Translations under genes and position numbers: made by a program
The notes under the pieces: generated by a model
Told to the model about the DNA's origin: nothing
What the model saw: only the letters and a program-made list of their open reading frames with translations
The model's database searches: none
Shown here: piece after piece, positions 26,857-37,300 of the stretch
How positions within the stretch are numbered: the first letter of the stretch is position 1
Layout of the letters: each line of letters opens with the position of its first letter
IMG/VR virus record: IMGVR_UViG_3300032220_001356
Location: 26,726-90,725 of that record
DNA: 64,000 bases
Source: a virus
Reading direction: 5' to 3' (one strand)

Positions 26857-28725
26857 ATGGCAGAAACAAACGAATATTGCTTTGATTTAGAACAATTTTC
26901 TAACAACGCATTAGCAATTAAGATAAAAAACGATCTAATTGATAAATTACTTGCTTGTTCATCAAAACAAGAAGTTGAAGACACATTAAATAAAGTAATT
27001 AGCGAAAATTATGACAATTTAGATATTGAAAAAGTAAGACAAGGTAATGCCGTTGTTAATGCTGCGCTTGATAATTTTGTTGCTTGCTCGTTAGAAGAAA
27101 CTGCAAATGGTTTGTCAAATATACAAATTGAAATTGGACAATTATTAAAAAATGCTGTTGATTTAGTTTGTAATCCTCCTAATTTTGAAATTCCTGCACC
27201 ATATCCAATATTCGATATTAGCTCTGACTTTTTAAAAAGATTGCTTAATTCATTATTAAAATTAATTATTAAATTTATAATTTCAATTCTTAAAAAATTA
27301 TTACAGATAATAGCTGAATTTTGTTCTAGTGGTTTGAGTTTACAAAACCTATATGGTGGACAAGATATAGTCTCGGCAATACAAGGTTCATTTACGGAAG
27401 TAGCACAAAATGCAATAGAAGATGCACAACAAATTACAGAAAAATTTGTTAATGGTGCATTTTTGTTGTTTGGAATTGATCAATATGGTGTTCCATCTAC
27501 AGAATTGATGATGGGCGAAAGTTGTGAAGAAAAAGTACCATTTGATAATTCTAATGTAAAATCTGGTATGGATTTTCTTGACGATTTATCTTCAATCTTA
27601 ACACCACTTGAAATTTGTGATTTATTTGAAGGTTCTCCAAGCGAACAAACGCTACAAATCATTGAAGAGCTTATAAAATTTGAATACTCAAATAACATGG
27701 GTCTTGCGTTAAATACCAGAACAAGAATAAAAGATTTATTTGTTCTTTTGGGCTCAAAAGTAGATCCAGTTTTTTGTTCCACTATTAGAGATAGTGCCGA
27801 AGAACTTTATACAAGACCAGACCTATGCTTTACCGAAGATGGTTCTTCTGTTAGAAGAAGGTTTTTGGGTGATAAAGGTTTACCAGACGAAGAAATAGAA
27901 GAAGCAATTAGAAGAGAAAGAGAAAGAACAAGAGAAAGTCTTGAAAGATTGACGGAACTTGCTGCAACACTAAGAAATAATCCAGACAGAATATTTGGAC
28001 AAAATCAAGAAGTATTTTGTAGAAACGGACAACAAGGAATAGTAACAGCAGATGATATGCCACATTTGGCTGACAATCTTTCTTCTACTCTTGATTATAC
28101 GTATAATATTTTTTATAACACATACGTAAAAGAAGTAGATACTTTTGCCTCTACTTTACTCACACAAGATAAAAAACTAAACGAAGAAGAACCTGTAATT
28201 CCAAAGTTTACAACTCTTTCATTTGTGGATAGCGAGGGAAATACTCAAACTATTAATAATGGATTAAACCCAACATTTTTACAAAAGACTTCATTTGGTT
28301 CTTTCACAATATGTGACGAAAATGCTAACACCGATATTGTGTCATTAGATAGACAATATCCAAAAGCTGTTGATGATGATGGTAATATAGATACACAAAA
28401 GATTATATCTGTAACTTCTAAAAAAGAAGCAAGAGAACTTTTAGGTTCAAATAATGTTTATATCTTAAATTATATAAATACTGAAAAAATAGCTTCTGAT
28501 CTTTATGACAACAAGTATGGCTTTTATTCTTCAAGTTCTTTTTATATTGGCGGTACAAGAGTAAAAAGAATTAAAGACTTTATTTCTTATGATATAAGTA
28601 ATATGTCTGTAACTATCAACATACCAAACAAGTTCGTTCCATTTGGACAGGAACAAACAATTCCAGATTTCGACTCAATACCTTCGCTTGACAATATAGT
28701 AGTTAACATTACAGGAGCGGTATAA
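26857..28725 (+). CDS. Hypothetical virion-associated protein (helical, Cys-containing)
   Basis: 622-aa ORF with an amphipathic LKRLLNSLLKLIIKFIISILKKLL helix. Confidence 0.6.
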   Translation: MAETNEYCFDLEQFSNNALAIKIKNDLIDKLLACSSKQEVEDTLNKVISENYDNLDIEKVRQGNAVVNAALDNFVACSLEETANGLSNIQIEIGQLLKNAVDLVCNPPNFEIPAPYPIFDISSDFLKRLLNSLLKLIIKFIISILKKLLQIIAEFCSSGLSLQNLYGGQDIVSAIQGSFTEVAQNAIEDAQQITEKFVNGAFLLFGIDQYGVPSTELMMGESCEEKVPFDNSNVKSGMDFLDDLSSILTPLEICDLFEGSPSEQTLQIIEELIKFEYSNNMGLALNTRTRIKDLFVLLGSKVDPVFCSTIRDSAEELYTRPDLCFTEDGSSVRRRFLGDKGLPDEEIEEAIRRERERTRESLERLTELAATLRNNPDRIFGQNQEVFCRNGQQGIVTADDMPHLADNLSSTLDYTYNIFYNTYVKEVDTFASTLLTQDKKLNEEEPVIPKFTTLSFVDSEGNTQTINNGLNPTFLQKTSFGSFTICDENANTDIVSLDRQYPKAVDDDGNIDTQKIISVTSKKEARELLGSNNVYILNYINTEKIASDLYDNKYGFYSSSSFYIGGTRVKRIKDFISYDISNMSVTINIPNKFVPFGQEQTIPDFDSIPSLDNIVVNITGAV

Positions 28726-28726
28726 A

Positions 28727-30652
28727 ATGCCAAGCCCCATAGAAATACAAAATTTTAGTTATTATGTACAAAATAATAGTTTATTTGATGAAATAATACT
28801 AGAAAATACATACGAAATTTCTTCTTCATTACCAGAACCTTATCCAAACGTTACTGAAGATCCGTTCTCTGTATTTGCTAACGATTTTATTAAAAGACAA
28901 TTAATAAATGACTTTTCCTCTCGTTTATTTACCGAAGTTGAATATAATACTATCTCTTCTCAATTAACTGACAATAAAATAAAAGACCTATATTTATCCA
29001 CATATTCACAACTAATAGATATTTTTAGTTATTCTGGAAATAAAAGTGCATTTTTTAGAGAAACATTACTTACTGGAAGTAGTACGGGATTAGGTGAATT
29101 TACTGGATTAGATTTTTATAAAAATGCAAATTATGTTGAAATTTTAGATTTACAACAAATCAAATCATCAACAATAGCGGAAGTTATATCCAATCCTTGT
29201 TTCCTTATAAATGCAAGCCAAGATGAAGTTATTGAACCATTAAAACTTGTAATGTTAAAAGTGAATTTTAAAATTTTATGTAGATTATTAATAATGTATG
29301 TAAAATTACAAAATTTATTTATTTCATCTGTTTTTGACAATAACGAATTTTATAAATCTGAAAACTACAAAGATAGTACATTTGTTGATTATTGTTACAA
29401 CATCTTTGTTCAAAGAATTAACACAAAAATACCAACATACAAAAATAGTATTTATGTGTTTTTAAACGAAGAGTTAAAGAAAAAGCTTTCTGATGGTGAA
29501 GAATTTTATGATCCAATAAGCAATCAAAAGATAGAATTTGACATACCATTAACGGATGAAAATTTAGATTCAAATGTAGACAAGTATGTCAAATATTTGT
29601 TTTTACAAGAATTTTTATTTATAAGTGATAAATTTAATCAATTCTTTACTCAAGAAGGATTCGATAATGGATATAGTTTTTCAGTTGCACCATTAACAAG
29701 CTTCGGTACAAAGCTTTATTCAGCAAAAGAATATTTGCTTGATTCTATTCCAGTAACTGGATTGGATGGTCGTGCGGCTCCAGTAGGTTCTGGTATTTCG
29801 TTAGATGAATATAACAATATTGTTAACTCTATAGATTCAGATTTGCCAAATTCGTCCAGATTGTATTTGGAAATGTTATCGCAAGAAACTTCTACTGGCT
29901 ATGATTTGACATTAAAATTGAATATTATTGTCTTAACAGATTTTTACAAAGTTTCTCTACAATTATCTAGCGTTTCTGCTTCTTATAATCGTGCTCCATT
30001 AACAAACGAGCAATTATTGAGATTTATGACAAACAGATTACCAGAATTAAAGACAGCAATGCTGGATGAAAGTAATTTCACTTTATTTTCAAACTATGTT
30101 TTTCCATTAAACAAAATTTTAAATATTGCAAGTATTGCACACATAAATATGTTATTAAAAACTTATGAAAATGCCAACTCTGCCGTTGATGGTTCAACAA
30201 ATTCTGTTACAAGCATACATGATATTATATTAGGTAATCAAGAAAAACTTGATTGTGAAAGACCTACTAACTTATTTGAAGACGTATCACTTGGAATAAA
30301 CTTACAAATAGCAAAAGCTTTAATTACTGCACCCGTTCAAGTATTGAAAGGTTTGGAAGAAACATACGATCCAAATATTGCTATTGCTACAAAGATTAGA
30401 AAAGTTGCAGAATCTTTGGGTGCTCCAAAGTTGCCAATTGTTCCATATTCTCTTGGTCTATTACCAGTATTTACAATTCCACCACCAGTTGGTGTTGGAC
30501 CACCACTTATTCCACCTTGGGGTTACATATATTGGGGTGTGGATGCGGCAGAAGTAATAACTCAATATGCCAAAAATGGATTTAAAACAAATACTAAATT
30601 TGATTTTGGCTTCAAGGGTACTTCTGAAGATCCAACAAAATCTAATTGTTGA
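28727..30652 (+). CDS. Hypothetical virion-associated protein with hydrophobic Pro-rich C-terminus
   Basis: 641-aa ORF directly upstream of the gp25-like gene. Confidence 0.6.
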   Translation: MPSPIEIQNFSYYVQNNSLFDEIILENTYEISSSLPEPYPNVTEDPFSVFANDFIKRQLINDFSSRLFTEVEYNTISSQLTDNKIKDLYLSTYSQLIDIFSYSGNKSAFFRETLLTGSSTGLGEFTGLDFYKNANYVEILDLQQIKSSTIAEVISNPCFLINASQDEVIEPLKLVMLKVNFKILCRLLIMYVKLQNLFISSVFDNNEFYKSENYKDSTFVDYCYNIFVQRINTKIPTYKNSIYVFLNEELKKKLSDGEEFYDPISNQKIEFDIPLTDENLDSNVDKYVKYLFLQEFLFISDKFNQFFTQEGFDNGYSFSVAPLTSFGTKLYSAKEYLLDSIPVTGLDGRAAPVGSGISLDEYNNIVNSIDSDLPNSSRLYLEMLSQETSTGYDLTLKLNIIVLTDFYKVSLQLSSVSASYNRAPLTNEQLLRFMTNRLPELKTAMLDESNFTLFSNYVFPLNKILNIASIAHINMLLKTYENANSAVDGSTNSVTSIHDIILGNQEKLDCERPTNLFEDVSLGINLQIAKALITAPVQVLKGLEETYDPNIAIATKIRKVAESLGAPKLPIVPYSLGLLPVFTIPPPVGVGPPLIPPWGYIYWGVDAAEVITQYAKNGFKTNTKFDFGFKGTSEDPTKSNC

Positions 30653-30653
30653 T

Positions 30654-30661
30654 CTATTTAT
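30654..30661 (+). promoter_or_regulatory. Putative late-promoter motif CTATTTAT, 4 nt before ATG
   Basis: Intergenic; no SD before the ATG at 30666. Confidence 0.55.
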
Positions 30662-30665
30662 AACA

Positions 30666-31061
30666 ATGGCTGGTTATTCTCCTAAATATCCATTGATGTT
30701 AGATCCAAATGATGGATATGCATTGCTACAAACTCTTCAAGATGTAGCTGTACAAAATGTTAGGATGGTTTTGTATACCGAACCCGGTGAAAGAGTGTGG
30801 GATATTAACTTTGGGGTTGGTATAAAAAAATATTTATTTGAACCAAACCTTTCTTTTACAAGAGATCAGATAAGATCAAGAATAGTAAATCAATTAAGAA
30901 CATATTTACCTTATGTGAACATAATAAATTTAGAAATTTATGCTGTTAATGAAAATAACGAAATATCAAATGATGGAGATACGAACTTTTTAAAGATCAT
31001 TTTACGCTTTAGTGTAACTGGCGTTGGTGAAATAACATTGCAAGAAACTATTAGTAGATAA
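30666..31061 (+). CDS. Baseplate wedge protein, gp25/GPW family
   Basis: QNVRMVLYTEPGERVWDINFGVGIKKYLFEP, YLPYVNI. Confidence 0.9.
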   Translation: MAGYSPKYPLMLDPNDGYALLQTLQDVAVQNVRMVLYTEPGERVWDINFGVGIKKYLFEPNLSFTRDQIRSRIVNQLRTYLPYVNIINLEIYAVNENNEISNDGDTNFLKIILRFSVTGVGEITLQETISR

Positions 31062-31072
31062 GGGATTAATAA

Positions 31073-32869
31073 ATGACCAACAAAAGAATACCAATTATAA
31101 AATATACATCAAGAGATTTTAATTCTATTAAAAGTGACCTTGTTGAGTATGCTAAAAGATATTATCCAAATACCTATAGCGACTTTAACGAGGCATCATT
31201 TGGCTCCTTAACCCTTGATTCTGTTAGTTATATTGGTGACGTTTTATCATTTTATCTTGATTATCAGTTTAATGAAAGTTTTTTAAATACTGCGACAGAA
31301 TTTGACAATGTTTTAAAAATTGCAAATCAACTTGGTTATAAATATACCACACGAAGCACAGCATTTGGAGAAGTAACTTTTTATATATCAGTTCCAGCAA
31401 GTACAGACGGACTTTCGCCAGATCCAGCTTATATACCAATACTCAAAAAAGATTCAACAATTTCTTCAACTGGTGGTCAATATTTTACATTAATGCAAGA
31501 TATAAATTTTGCTGACACAAGCAATGAAGTGGTTGTCGCAAACGTAAATACCACCACAGGTGTTCCAACAAAATATGCCATTAAAGCTTCTGGTCTAGCG
31601 CAATCTGGATTTTTTACACAAGTACAAATAGATGTTGGAGAATTTGAAAGATTTAGAAAAGTAGACCTAAACGATCCAGATGTTTTGGAGATTGTTTCAG
31701 TAGTAGATTCTGATGGAAATCAATATTATGAAGTAGACCATTTATCTCAAGACGTAATATTCAGAGAAATTCCAAACTTTAATTTCCAAAGTGACGGAGT
31801 ACCTTCTATATTAAAACCATTTCCGGTTCCAAGAAGATTTGTTGTCAATAAATCTAGAATTACAACAATCTTACAATTTGGCTATGGTTCAGAAAATGAA
31901 CTAAACACAAGCTCCGTTGTAGACCCAGCACAAGTAGTAATTCAAATGCACGCTAAAGACTACTTTACCGAAAGCGCATTTGACCCAACAAACTTAATAA
32001 AATCCGACAAATTTGGTGTTGCCCCAGCAAGTACAACTTTGACGATTACTTATAGAAAAGCAAATGCAGCATTTTCCAACGTTGCAGCTAATACAATAAA
32101 TAAAATTGTAACACCAAACTTTGTATTTCCATTTCTTACTGAAACTTTGGGAGACATAAGACAACAAGTTATTGCAAGTGTTGAAGTTACAAATAATGTT
32201 CCATTTATTGGCGAAGTAAGATTAGATCAAACTGAAGAATTAAGAGTTAACACTCTTGATTATTATGCAGCACAAAAAAGAGCAGTTTCTGCAATTGATT
32301 ATCAAACATTAGCTTATTCTATGCCTTCAAATTATGGTAAAATTAAAAGATGTACGTTGTCGCAAGACAATGATTCTTTTAAGAGAAATATTAATTTTTA
32401 TGTTGTTTCTGAAAACAATAATAATAATTTAATTCTTGCCAATAGAGTATTAAAAGAAAACTTAAAAACTTGGCTTGTTCAACACAAAATGATCAATGAT
32501 ACAATTGACATTTTAGATGCAGTAATTGTAAACGTTGCAATTGATTTTGATGTAATTTCAAACGTAAACTACGACAAAGTAGAAACATTAAATGTTGCAT
32601 TGACAAGTCTGCAAACAGCATTTATAGACAAAATGGATATTGGCGAATCATTTTCAATTGCAAAAATCTATAATATCTTAAATAAGTTGCCACAAGTTCT
32701 AGACACAACAAGTGTAAGAGTGACACCAAAAATTGGTGGTGTTTATTCTAATTCTTATTTAAATTTAGATAAACTATTGACATATGACGGAAAGTATATT
32801 AAAGCACCAAAGAACGTCATATATGAAGTGAAATTTCCATTTCTTGATATCAAAGGAGTCGTTTCCTAA
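31073..32869 (+). CDS. Baseplate wedge protein, gp6/baseplate J-like
   Basis: YTSRDFNSIK.DL, DFNEASFG, SYIGDVLSFY, LGYK, LQFG.G, QKRAVSAIDY. Confidence 0.9.
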   Translation: MTNKRIPIIKYTSRDFNSIKSDLVEYAKRYYPNTYSDFNEASFGSLTLDSVSYIGDVLSFYLDYQFNESFLNTATEFDNVLKIANQLGYKYTTRSTAFGEVTFYISVPASTDGLSPDPAYIPILKKDSTISSTGGQYFTLMQDINFADTSNEVVVANVNTTTGVPTKYAIKASGLAQSGFFTQVQIDVGEFERFRKVDLNDPDVLEIVSVVDSDGNQYYEVDHLSQDVIFREIPNFNFQSDGVPSILKPFPVPRRFVVNKSRITTILQFGYGSENELNTSSVVDPAQVVIQMHAKDYFTESAFDPTNLIKSDKFGVAPASTTLTITYRKANAAFSNVAANTINKIVTPNFVFPFLTETLGDIRQQVIASVEVTNNVPFIGEVRLDQTEELRVNTLDYYAAQKRAVSAIDYQTLAYSMPSNYGKIKRCTLSQDNDSFKRNINFYVVSENNNNNLILANRVLKENLKTWLVQHKMINDTIDILDAVIVNVAIDFDVISNVNYDKVETLNVALTSLQTAFIDKMDIGESFSIAKIYNILNKLPQVLDTTSVRVTPKIGGVYSNSYLNLDKLLTYDGKYIKAPKNVIYEVKFPFLDIKGVVS

Positions 32870-34305
32870 TGGCAATAAAAAGATATTTTGCTAATGCCGA
32901 TACAACAATTACAAACGCATTTAAGGCCAATCTTGTATCAAGAGGTGTAAGTGGCAACATGGGTTTGTCCGACATACTTGAAGTTTTTAGTATTTATGGG
33001 CAATCAAACCCATCTTCTTCAGAACTATCCAGAGTTCTCGTACAATTTCCAACAAGTGATATTTCCTTAGATAGAGCCGCAGGATTAATACCAGCTTCCG
33101 GTTCTGTAAGTTGGTATTTAAAATTATATAATGCTAAACACTCTTCTACAACACCAAAAGATTTTACATTAGTTGTCAATCAAGTCTCCTCCTCTTGGGA
33201 CGAAGGTGAGGGATTGGATATGGAAGAATATTCAGATATTGGAACTGCAAATTGGATAAATGCCGCATCCTCTAGTTCTGGAACATCTAGTTGGGCTTCA
33301 CAGGGTGGTGATTATCACACAAGTCCAACAGCTACACAAGCATTTGATACTGGTGTTGAAAACTTGGTAGTAGATGTTTCTTCAATGGTTGAACAATGGT
33401 TGGCAGGAACAAAGCAAAATTATGGATTTGGAGTTAGATTATCTTCAAGTTTGGAACAACAAGCGAAATCTTTTTATACGAAGAAGTTTTTTGCTAGAGG
33501 ATCGGAGTTCTTCTTTTATCGTCCCGTTTTGGAAGCAAGATGGAATTCTATACGTCGTGACAATAGAGGAACCTTTTACGCCAGCAGTTCTTTGGCATCA
33601 GCAGCAGATAACTTAAATACTATATATCTTTATAATGTCGTTAGAGGCCAATTGAAAAATATCCCCTCTATTGGAACTGGACAAATTTATGTAAAGATTT
33701 ATACTGATTCTTCTGGAAGCGAAAGCATAGCAGCAACTCCAAATAATCCTGTAACTGGTGGTTGGTATTCTACTGGTATTTACACAGCTTCTTTTGCTTT
33801 GAATACAACAGCATCACAAGTGTTTGATAGATGGTTTAATTCAAGTTTAACTACTTGTTTTTATACAGGTTCTATCGATATAATAGATTTAGAAGCACAA
33901 GATTATAATCCAACAAACAATTATGTTGTTTCTTTATTAAATGGAAAACCAATTTATGACTCTACAGAACAAGCAAGATTCCGTTTCTTTATTCGTAGAA
34001 AAGATTGGAACCCTACTATTTACAATGTAGCAACAAGTGAAATTCAATCGGAGATTATCGAAAGCGCATCATACAAAATTGTAAGAGTGTCGGATAATTT
34101 AGAAGTTATACCATACGACACAGGAAGCATACAATCAACAGGTTTATCATATGATATTTCTGGTAGTTACTTTGACCTAGATATGAATATGTTAGAACCA
34201 GATTATATGTATCAAATAAAGCTTATGTTTTATGATGCAGCAACGACCCGTTGGAAAGAACAAGTTCAAACATTTAAATTTAGAGTAGAAAGTAATGAGT
34301 CTTAA
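32869..34305 (+). CDS. Baseplate/tail structural protein (DNRLRE/CBM-like N-terminal domain)
   Basis: ADTTI, SRVLVQF, LKLY, WDEG.G, NYGF, P.LEARW pattern; follows gp6. Confidence 0.6.
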   Translation: MAIKRYFANADTTITNAFKANLVSRGVSGNMGLSDILEVFSIYGQSNPSSSELSRVLVQFPTSDISLDRAAGLIPASGSVSWYLKLYNAKHSSTTPKDFTLVVNQVSSSWDEGEGLDMEEYSDIGTANWINAASSSSGTSSWASQGGDYHTSPTATQAFDTGVENLVVDVSSMVEQWLAGTKQNYGFGVRLSSSLEQQAKSFYTKKFFARGSEFFFYRPVLEARWNSIRRDNRGTFYASSSLASAADNLNTIYLYNVVRGQLKNIPSIGTGQIYVKIYTDSSGSESIAATPNNPVTGGWYSTGIYTASFALNTTASQVFDRWFNSSLTTCFYTGSIDIIDLEAQDYNPTNNYVVSLLNGKPIYDSTEQARFRFFIRRKDWNPTIYNVATSEIQSEIIESASYKIVRVSDNLEVIPYDTGSIQSTGLSYDISGSYFDLDMNMLEPDYMYQIKLMFYDAATTRWKEQVQTFKFRVESNES

Positions 34306-37300
34306 AGATTTATTTAATGTTACGAAAGTATTACCACCTATAAGCAACGAACAAATAGCAGAAGATGTTGAATCTGTACAACTTTTAGACTCATATACTT
34401 ATGAAAAGAATAGAATTGAATTTGCTGTTGATTATTCAACAGCATCTAATTTTGCTATTTATGGTTCTGCAAAACAATATTACCAAGACGCATTTGCCAG
34501 AATATACGAACAATTCCCATACGATGGTTCAAAGAAAGAAAAGATTGATTGGGAAAATTCATCTTCTTTATTAGATATTTGGATTTATGAAAACGTTTAT
34601 CCAAGAACTACTGGTTATGCTACGTTTTCTCCAAATGGTTGGAGTGCTAGAATTGGAAGTCTTGTAAGTGGTTATGGTGAACCAACAACCAAAGAATATA
34701 TTTCAATTAAAGGTGGACCAAACACAAATTCTGGTAATACTTTAATTGAAAAGTTCAAAGACGCAAGCAATCAATCTCCAAAATCTAACGTTCTTAATTT
34801 AGCCGTCCAAAGAGGAAACAATCTAGAATTTAATTTATCTGGCGGTGTTTCAACTGAATTTTGGCTTAAAAAACAATCCTTCATAAACTCCAGCACATCA
34901 AAAGAAGTTATTTTTGACTTATGGAATAATGAAACATCATCAAGTGCAACTTATGGTCGTTTAACACTTGAACTATCTGGAACTACTACTGGTTCACCAT
35001 TTTACCTTACAATTTTGTCTGGTACTACCGGATTTTCTTCTCTTAATATTGGAAGTAATATCACAACTGCTTCTGTGGCTAATAACGCTTGGAATCATTA
35101 TGCAGTAGTCGCTCAAAACTCTGGTAGCACAATAAATGTTAAGTTTTATGTTAATGGCGAATTAAATCAAACTATTGCTAGTGGAATAAACATTGGCGAA
35201 GTTACTGGTTCAATGTTGGCTAACATTGGCGCATTAAGAACAGCAGTATCTGGCACAGCAACTGATATTGGTTGGGGTAAACTATCTGGCTCTATTGATG
35301 AATTTAGATATTGGAAAACCGCAAGAACTTCTAAAGATATTGGAAGATATTGGTGGACAAATATTCATGGTGGCGCAAATACAGACGAAGCAAATACAGA
35401 CTTGGGTGTATACTACAAGTTTAACGAAGGCATTACATTAACAAGTTCTGTAGATTCCATCGTTTTAGATTATTCTGGAAGAATTACAAATGGTGCTTGG
35501 ACAGGATATACAACCAATTCAAGAAATACTGGTTCTGCTATTGACTCGTATGCAGTTGAATTAAGTCCAGAAGAGCGTGACCCAATCATCTACTCAACTC
35601 ACCCAGATGTTGTTTCTGCGCTAACTCTCTACACAACACTTGGCGAAGATCATGATTATATAAATCCAAACTCTCTTTATCGTTCTTTCCCAGATTGGAT
35701 GGTCAATACCGATACTGGAGAGTTGCTAAAACTTACACAAATTGTGTCAAGTTATTTAGATTCTTTATATTTACAAATTAAAAACTTTACCAACATTAAA
35801 GAACATTATTCTAATGTTCAAATTGATGAAAAACCATTTCCATTTTCTAAAATGTTGGGTGAATCACTCGGACTTATAACACCAGATATTTTCATTGATG
35901 CTACTTTGTTTGAGCAAGTAATGTCAAGAGATGAAGACAGAACATATGAAGATAAACTTAACGAAGTTAAAAATATAATTTATGAAAACATCTACAGCAA
36001 TCTTCAAGGAATTTACAAGTCTAAAGGTACAGAAAAGTCGTTCCGTAATTTATTAAGATGTTTTGGCATTGATGAATCAATCGTCAAAATGAACATTTAT
36101 GCAAATAATGATTCTAAAATCGTAAGAGACGACTTAACAAACATATCATTAAAGAAAAAGTCACTCAACTTTAACGATCCAGACAGATTTGGTTCAACTA
36201 TATATCAATTCTCTACATCTTCTTATGGTGCATCAAATTCATACATTTTAGGTTCTTCATCATACGATTATTTACCACTTACTTTTGAAATTGATACTAT
36301 ATTCCCAAAGAAGATTAAAAAGACACAAAATAACTTTTTCCCAACTACATTTTTAACATCTTCAATATTTGGTGTACACTCTGCTGTTTCAACCAGCACA
36401 GATTTAACTTGGGCAGCAAATGATTATTTTAATTTCCAAGTATTTGCTGTAAGACCAGAATACGAGTCTGAGCACGCAACCTTTTATTTATCTTCTTCAA
36501 ATCCATCAATTCCCGTTCTTTCATCATCTTATAATCTTTATGTTTACGATAATGAAAAATGGAATTTTGCTGTTAGATTCTTACCAACTGCACTTGGTAA
36601 TGCAGATTTGGTTGGCGGAACAACCTCTGGAAGTTATACATTAGAGTTTTATGGCGTTAGCACTATTGGCGATACCATAATACGTGAATTTAGTTCTAGT
36701 GCGGTTATTCCTTATGCATCTGGCTCAAATATGGCTAGAGCCAATAAGAGAGTTTATGTTGGTGCAGAAAGAACAAACTTTACTGGCTCTTTGGTAAAAG
36801 AAAGCGACATTAAAGTTTTAGATTTAAAAGTTTGGTCTTCTTATCTCGACAATGAAGAGATTAAGTCACACGCAAGAGATTCAGATAATTATGGTTCTAA
36901 ACTAGCAGGTAGATCATATTATTTAACCGATGGTAACTTAAACAACTTTTGGATTCCAAAACTAGACACTCTTTTACTTCATTGGGACTTTAATTTAGTT
37001 ACAGGTTCAGATGGTGGTTCTGGAGTTCTCAATGTATCTGACGGCAAATTCATTGTTAACGATCTAACATCCGGCTCACTAACATACGATAGATATGGAA
37101 GTGTTTTCAACAACATCAAAAAGTATGATTATATTGGTCGTGGTGATTATTTCTTGCAAAACGATAACACCATAACTGATACTCAATATTTGTTTTCTTC
37201 CAGAATAAATGAATTTGAAAATATCCAAAATTCAAATCTTGTCTATGTTTTGACAACTGACGAACAAAATCAAACAAGAATTAGAGACACAAGACCTATA

